From sequence record PP456879.1: a stretch of DNA of 64,000 bases; one strand, given 5' to 3'. The stretch's first letter is position 1. Each line of letters begins with the position of its first letter. Below are positions 57,748 through 64,000 of this stretch, piece by piece. The translations under genes and the position numbers were made by a program. A model generated the notes under the pieces. That model saw only the letters and a list, made by a program, of their open reading frames with translations, ran no database searches and was not told the DNA's origin.

Positions 57748-58986
57748 ATGGCAACTATTAAAGAAGTCCTTGATAGAAATTTTAAGGATGTTCAATTTGA
57801 TCGCGATTTATGTAAAAGAATTATTGACTTTACTATCAGTTTTATGAATAGGAATGCTGATCACTCTGCTTTCTTTGGTGGTGTATTACTAGGTGTACAA
57901 CAAGTTAAATTCTTCGATACGGATCGTGAGATTTGGTATGATGATGTTTTACGAATTGATGAAGCGCTGTTAGTCCAAGATTTTAAGTCAGTTGAATTCA
58001 TTGACCCTAACCATCGTGTAATGTCAGATGTATTCAATCATCTTCCTGCCTATATTTGTTCTAGGCTTTTAAAAACAACTAATGTTCCTTTGAATATTAG
58101 ACATGAAGCAATGGTTAGTTGTTTCATGGTGTTGCATTTTAAATATCTAACATCTTTACTTGTACCACGCTTTAAATATCCTGCACGTAAAGAAGTAGCC
58201 GAAGCTGCATTCGCCGCACTCAATTATCGATTTGACATTAAGACAATTGGGTCATGGGAGAAACTATTTAGGCAACGGGCTGAAGGTATCATTGCACCTG
58301 ATTCTATTTATGCACCTTTCTTAACTGGTAAAACACAAGAACTGGATTATTGGTCTGGTCGTGTAGTATCTGATACTCAAACACGTCTACGTGAATTAAT
58401 CAACAAGTACTATGATGTTTATATCAGAACACTGCAATCAGGTGGTAAATTAGTTATTTCATCAGACATGGCTATTAATTCTGATGGTGAGCAGATTCTA
58501 CGCGATAAGTCTACTGGGTATCGCTCATATCTTACTTATATCCATCAAGTTGCGCAACAAGAACAAAATTTCATTAGACCTGAGTTAGTCGGTATTATTG
58601 AAAAGATAATGCCCACAATGCCACCAGAAATGTTCATGGCGACACTTAGACACCTTTCCCGTAATATCGGTCAACCTAGGGCACAAAAGCTTGAGAAACT
58701 CGTAGATGAGTGCTTATTGTATGCTTTCGATTATATGCAATCACTCCGTACAATGGTTGCTAGAAATAATGATCTACAAACATTGCTTGTAAAAATACGA
58801 GCAAAGATAATGGCATCTAAAACAGAAAATGCTCAAGTTATTTTCATGCGTGAAGAAGGTGAGAAGTTAGTTAGGGATGCGACTAATTCTAGGGTACCTG
58901 CATATATCGCAGCAACTAGGACTGGGTTGATGTTGTATTTAATTCTACGTGCTATGACTAAGAATTACTATACAAAAACAAAATAA
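57748..58986 (+). CDS. Conserved virion structural protein (gp32-like)
   Basis: AGGAGG-N7-ATG at 57748; late-promoter-like TATG motifs at 57711 and 57718. Confidence 0.8.
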   Translation: MATIKEVLDRNFKDVQFDRDLCKRIIDFTISFMNRNADHSAFFGGVLLGVQQVKFFDTDREIWYDDVLRIDEALLVQDFKSVEFIDPNHRVMSDVFNHLPAYICSRLLKTTNVPLNIRHEAMVSCFMVLHFKYLTSLLVPRFKYPARKEVAEAAFAALNYRFDIKTIGSWEKLFRQRAEGIIAPDSIYAPFLTGKTQELDYWSGRVVSDTQTRLRELINKYYDVYIRTLQSGGKLVISSDMAINSDGEQILRDKSTGYRSYLTYIHQVAQQEQNFIRPELVGIIEKIMPTMPPEMFMATLRHLSRNIGQPRAQKLEKLVDECLLYAFDYMQSLRTMVARNNDLQTLLVKIRAKIMASKTENAQVIFMREEGEKLVRDATNSRVPAYIAATRTGLMLYLILRAMTKNYYTKTK

Positions 58987-58987
58987 A

Positions 58988-59020
58988 CATAATGCCCTCC
59001 CGCAATGGGAGGGCTTATGC
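58988..59020. terminator. Bidirectional terminator (CCCTCCC family)
   Basis: cataatgCCCTCCC-gcaat-GGGAGGGcttatgc. Confidence 0.8.
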
Positions 59021-59032
59021 TGTTAAGTAACA

Positions 59033-59395
59033 TTAGCTAGATTGATCATTACATAAATTTTTCAGAGCATCGTAAATAGCCACATAAGTAAAAATAGTTA
59101 AACTATCTTTAATTTCCTTACGCGGGGTACCACTGAATCCACCCCATGATACATTTGTATTACTAACGCATACAGTGCTAATAGCTGGCTCATGATAGCC
59201 ACCATCTACTTTACGCTTTGCATAAACCTTAGCCGTAATTTCTCCACGTAACTTTTTGAAGAAAACTAGAGCACCCGGAACGACTATACGTTTATTACCA
59301 ATCTTCGTAATAAATTCTTTACGATTAGTAAAGTGCTCTTTTAATAAATCATTAATAATTTTAGTTAAACTATCAATTTCATTCTTCATCGACAC
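59033..59395 (-). CDS. Hypothetical protein
   Basis: 120 aa, coupled to the upstream ORF. Confidence 0.65.
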   Translation of the reverse strand: MSMKNEIDSLTKIINDLLKEHFTNRKEFITKIGNKRIVVPGALVFFKKLRGEITAKVYAKRKVDGGYHEPAISTVCVSNTNVSWGGFSGTPRKEIKDSLTIFTYVAIYDALKNLCNDQSS

Positions 59396-60582
59396 GTTGT
59401 TAGTTCCTTACAAATAAACTTGATAACGTGATCACTTACAAATTTCAATGGACCAGAACAATTAGATTTCTCAATAGCGGTTTCAGTGTATGAAATTATT
59501 TGATTTCCACTTAAGGATAATGAATCAAATAATTCATAAGAGTTATTATTTTTATTCTTAAAGGATACTGCATATTGACTATTTTCACTATTGATGCAAA
59601 ATAGGTTAATAGCTGGGATAGATACAGAGTTATCTGAAGTATGGCTATTTTCCGTAATATTCCAATTACTGTATACAGTGAAAATATTTGCAGCTAGTAA
59701 AAGGTTGGCATTAACCGTTTCTAAACTAACATACTCCACAGAAGTACCTTTATGCCAATATAGTTCAATTGGATTAACCCAAGTATACCCAATGGTTTTA
59801 TAGAAGGCATGCATTACATATTCTCGCCAACGTGTGGGTTTCTTATTATCAGTTAAAACACACGTAATATTGCCTGACGGATAAATGTGGTGGATGCTAC
59901 ATGCATTAATTTCATCTCTAACATTAGTTGTTTCAGTAATATTAGAATGATCCTGTTTGAATAGCCATTTTAAATGACTATTAGTTGTGTCATCACCTTC
60001 CCCATTTGCAATGTCATTTTCTAACCACTTTTCAAATGTAGCTTGTCTATCAGGTGTTGGCATTCCCCAATAGGTAGCTAAAATGAAACGATAATAGTAT
60101 CGAATAATATCATCATCGTTAAGAATATTTTTATCCAGTTTCCAGTGATGTTGATACTCGTATACTTCGCTTGGAATATTATTTACTTGATACCATGTAT
60201 TAATTAATACTTGAATTGTTAATTGCCGAATACTCTCACTTGTTAGAGTGTAATATTCCCTGCTATGCGGCTCTTCAATTGTCACTTCTTGATCAGTATA
60301 ACCAATGTATTTAGGTTTACCATCGATGAGTGCAAAATTAACATTCCATGATGTATCATTACTAAAGGTGATATTAATAAAATCTTCTTCAAAACTAGGC
60401 TTCACTACAAAACTGACATCATCCTTCTGATATGTCATTTGTGTTAGAATACCAAAATTAATTTTAGATGTAAATTCTTTATCGAAGTTATGTTTATAAA
60501 GTAATCCTAGTAAACAATCAATTTTATTAATAGTGTGGTTTTCTAATAATAAATCAGTATTTGTAAGTTCATTAATTTTCAT
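59386..60582 (-). CDS. Hypothetical early protein
   Basis: 398 aa, SD GAGG, upstream TATATTAC. Confidence 0.8.
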   Translation of the reverse strand: MKINELTNTDLLLENHTINKIDCLLGLLYKHNFDKEFTSKINFGILTQMTYQKDDVSFVVKPSFEEDFINITFSNDTSWNVNFALIDGKPKYIGYTDQEVTIEEPHSREYYTLTSESIRQLTIQVLINTWYQVNNIPSEVYEYQHHWKLDKNILNDDDIIRYYYRFILATYWGMPTPDRQATFEKWLENDIANGEGDDTTNSHLKWLFKQDHSNITETTNVRDEINACSIHHIYPSGNITCVLTDNKKPTRWREYVMHAFYKTIGYTWVNPIELYWHKGTSVEYVSLETVNANLLLAANIFTVYSNWNITENSHTSDNSVSIPAINLFCINSENSQYAVSFKNKNNNSYELFDSLSLSGNQIISYTETAIEKSNCSGPLKFVSDHVIKFICKELTTCR

Positions 60583-60635
60583 TTTAACCTCTCTAAAATT
60601 TACAATCTAGTTTTACTTATTGAATAAGCAAACAT

Positions 60636-60643
60636 GTAATATA
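60636..60643 (-). promoter_or_regulatory. Early promoter TATATTAC
   Basis: AAAAAATAATTAAGATATATATTAC. Confidence 0.75.
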
Positions 60644-60677
60644 TATCTTAATTATTTTTTAGCATAGTTTTTAACAA

Positions 60678-60707
60678 CATAAAGCCTCCCCGAAGGGAGG
60701 CGATATG
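60678..60707 (-). terminator. Terminator of the sheath-tube operon
   Basis: cataaaGCCTCCC-cgaa-GGGAGGCgatatg. Confidence 0.8.
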
Positions 60708-60709
60708 CT

Positions 60710-60891
60710 TTAGCTTTTTTGGTTAGTACCGACAGTCTGCTCATTCTTTTCAGTTTGAGCATTTCGCCGAAGTTGACTAACCAGACCATTGCCAGCCGCA
60801 ACTACATCGGGAGAAAAGAATGCATTGATATCAAAGTTCTGATCTTGGTTGCGAGTCTTCCCAGGTGGGACCATCGGATATACTTTTGCCA

Positions 60892-60892
<1 letters not shown>
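60710..60892 (-). CDS. Small protein coupled to the tail tube gene
   Basis: 60 aa; TAATG stop-start overlap; ends at the terminator. Confidence 0.6.
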
Positions 60893-61776
<884 letters not shown>

Positions 61777-61804
61777 ACTTTTCCTCATTCTGAAAGCCAC
61801 CCAC

Positions 61805-63943
<2,139 letters not shown>

Positions 63944-64000
63944 CTAACAGTCAATCATAGATATTAATCATAGTTGACCATACTAGTTATTTTTTACTAT

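Overview
A 64-kb AT-rich segment of a phiKZ-like (Phikzvirus, nucleus-forming Chimalliviridae) Pseudomonas jumbo phage genome. It reads in reverse relative to phiKZ gene numbering, roughly gp87 down to gp29; these numbers are assigned from recalled sequence and synteny, not from a database search. It carries the nucleus module (chimallin, PhuZ, PicA/Imp1, ChmC), four of the five non-virion RNAP subunits, one virion RNAP subunit, both halves of the split family-B DNA polymerase, an SF2 helicase, an SbcD nuclease, Dip, tail sheath and tube, head proteins and many small early genes. Two group I introns interrupt conserved RNAP active-centre motifs: one carries an HNH endonuclease and splits N|ADFDGD, the other is ORF-less and splits HGG|KGV. 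The strongest signals not in the ORF track are: (1) a T-TTT-TTT -1 slippery site joining a T4 gp26-like tail chaperone to a start-less 171-codon frame, like lambda G/GT; (2) a C-CCA-AAG slippery site at the stop of the polymerase exonuclease subunit leading into a start-less 122-codon ORF; (3) a ~320-nt structured RNA behind chmA; (4) several unannotated micro-ORFs and one TGA-interrupted gene.
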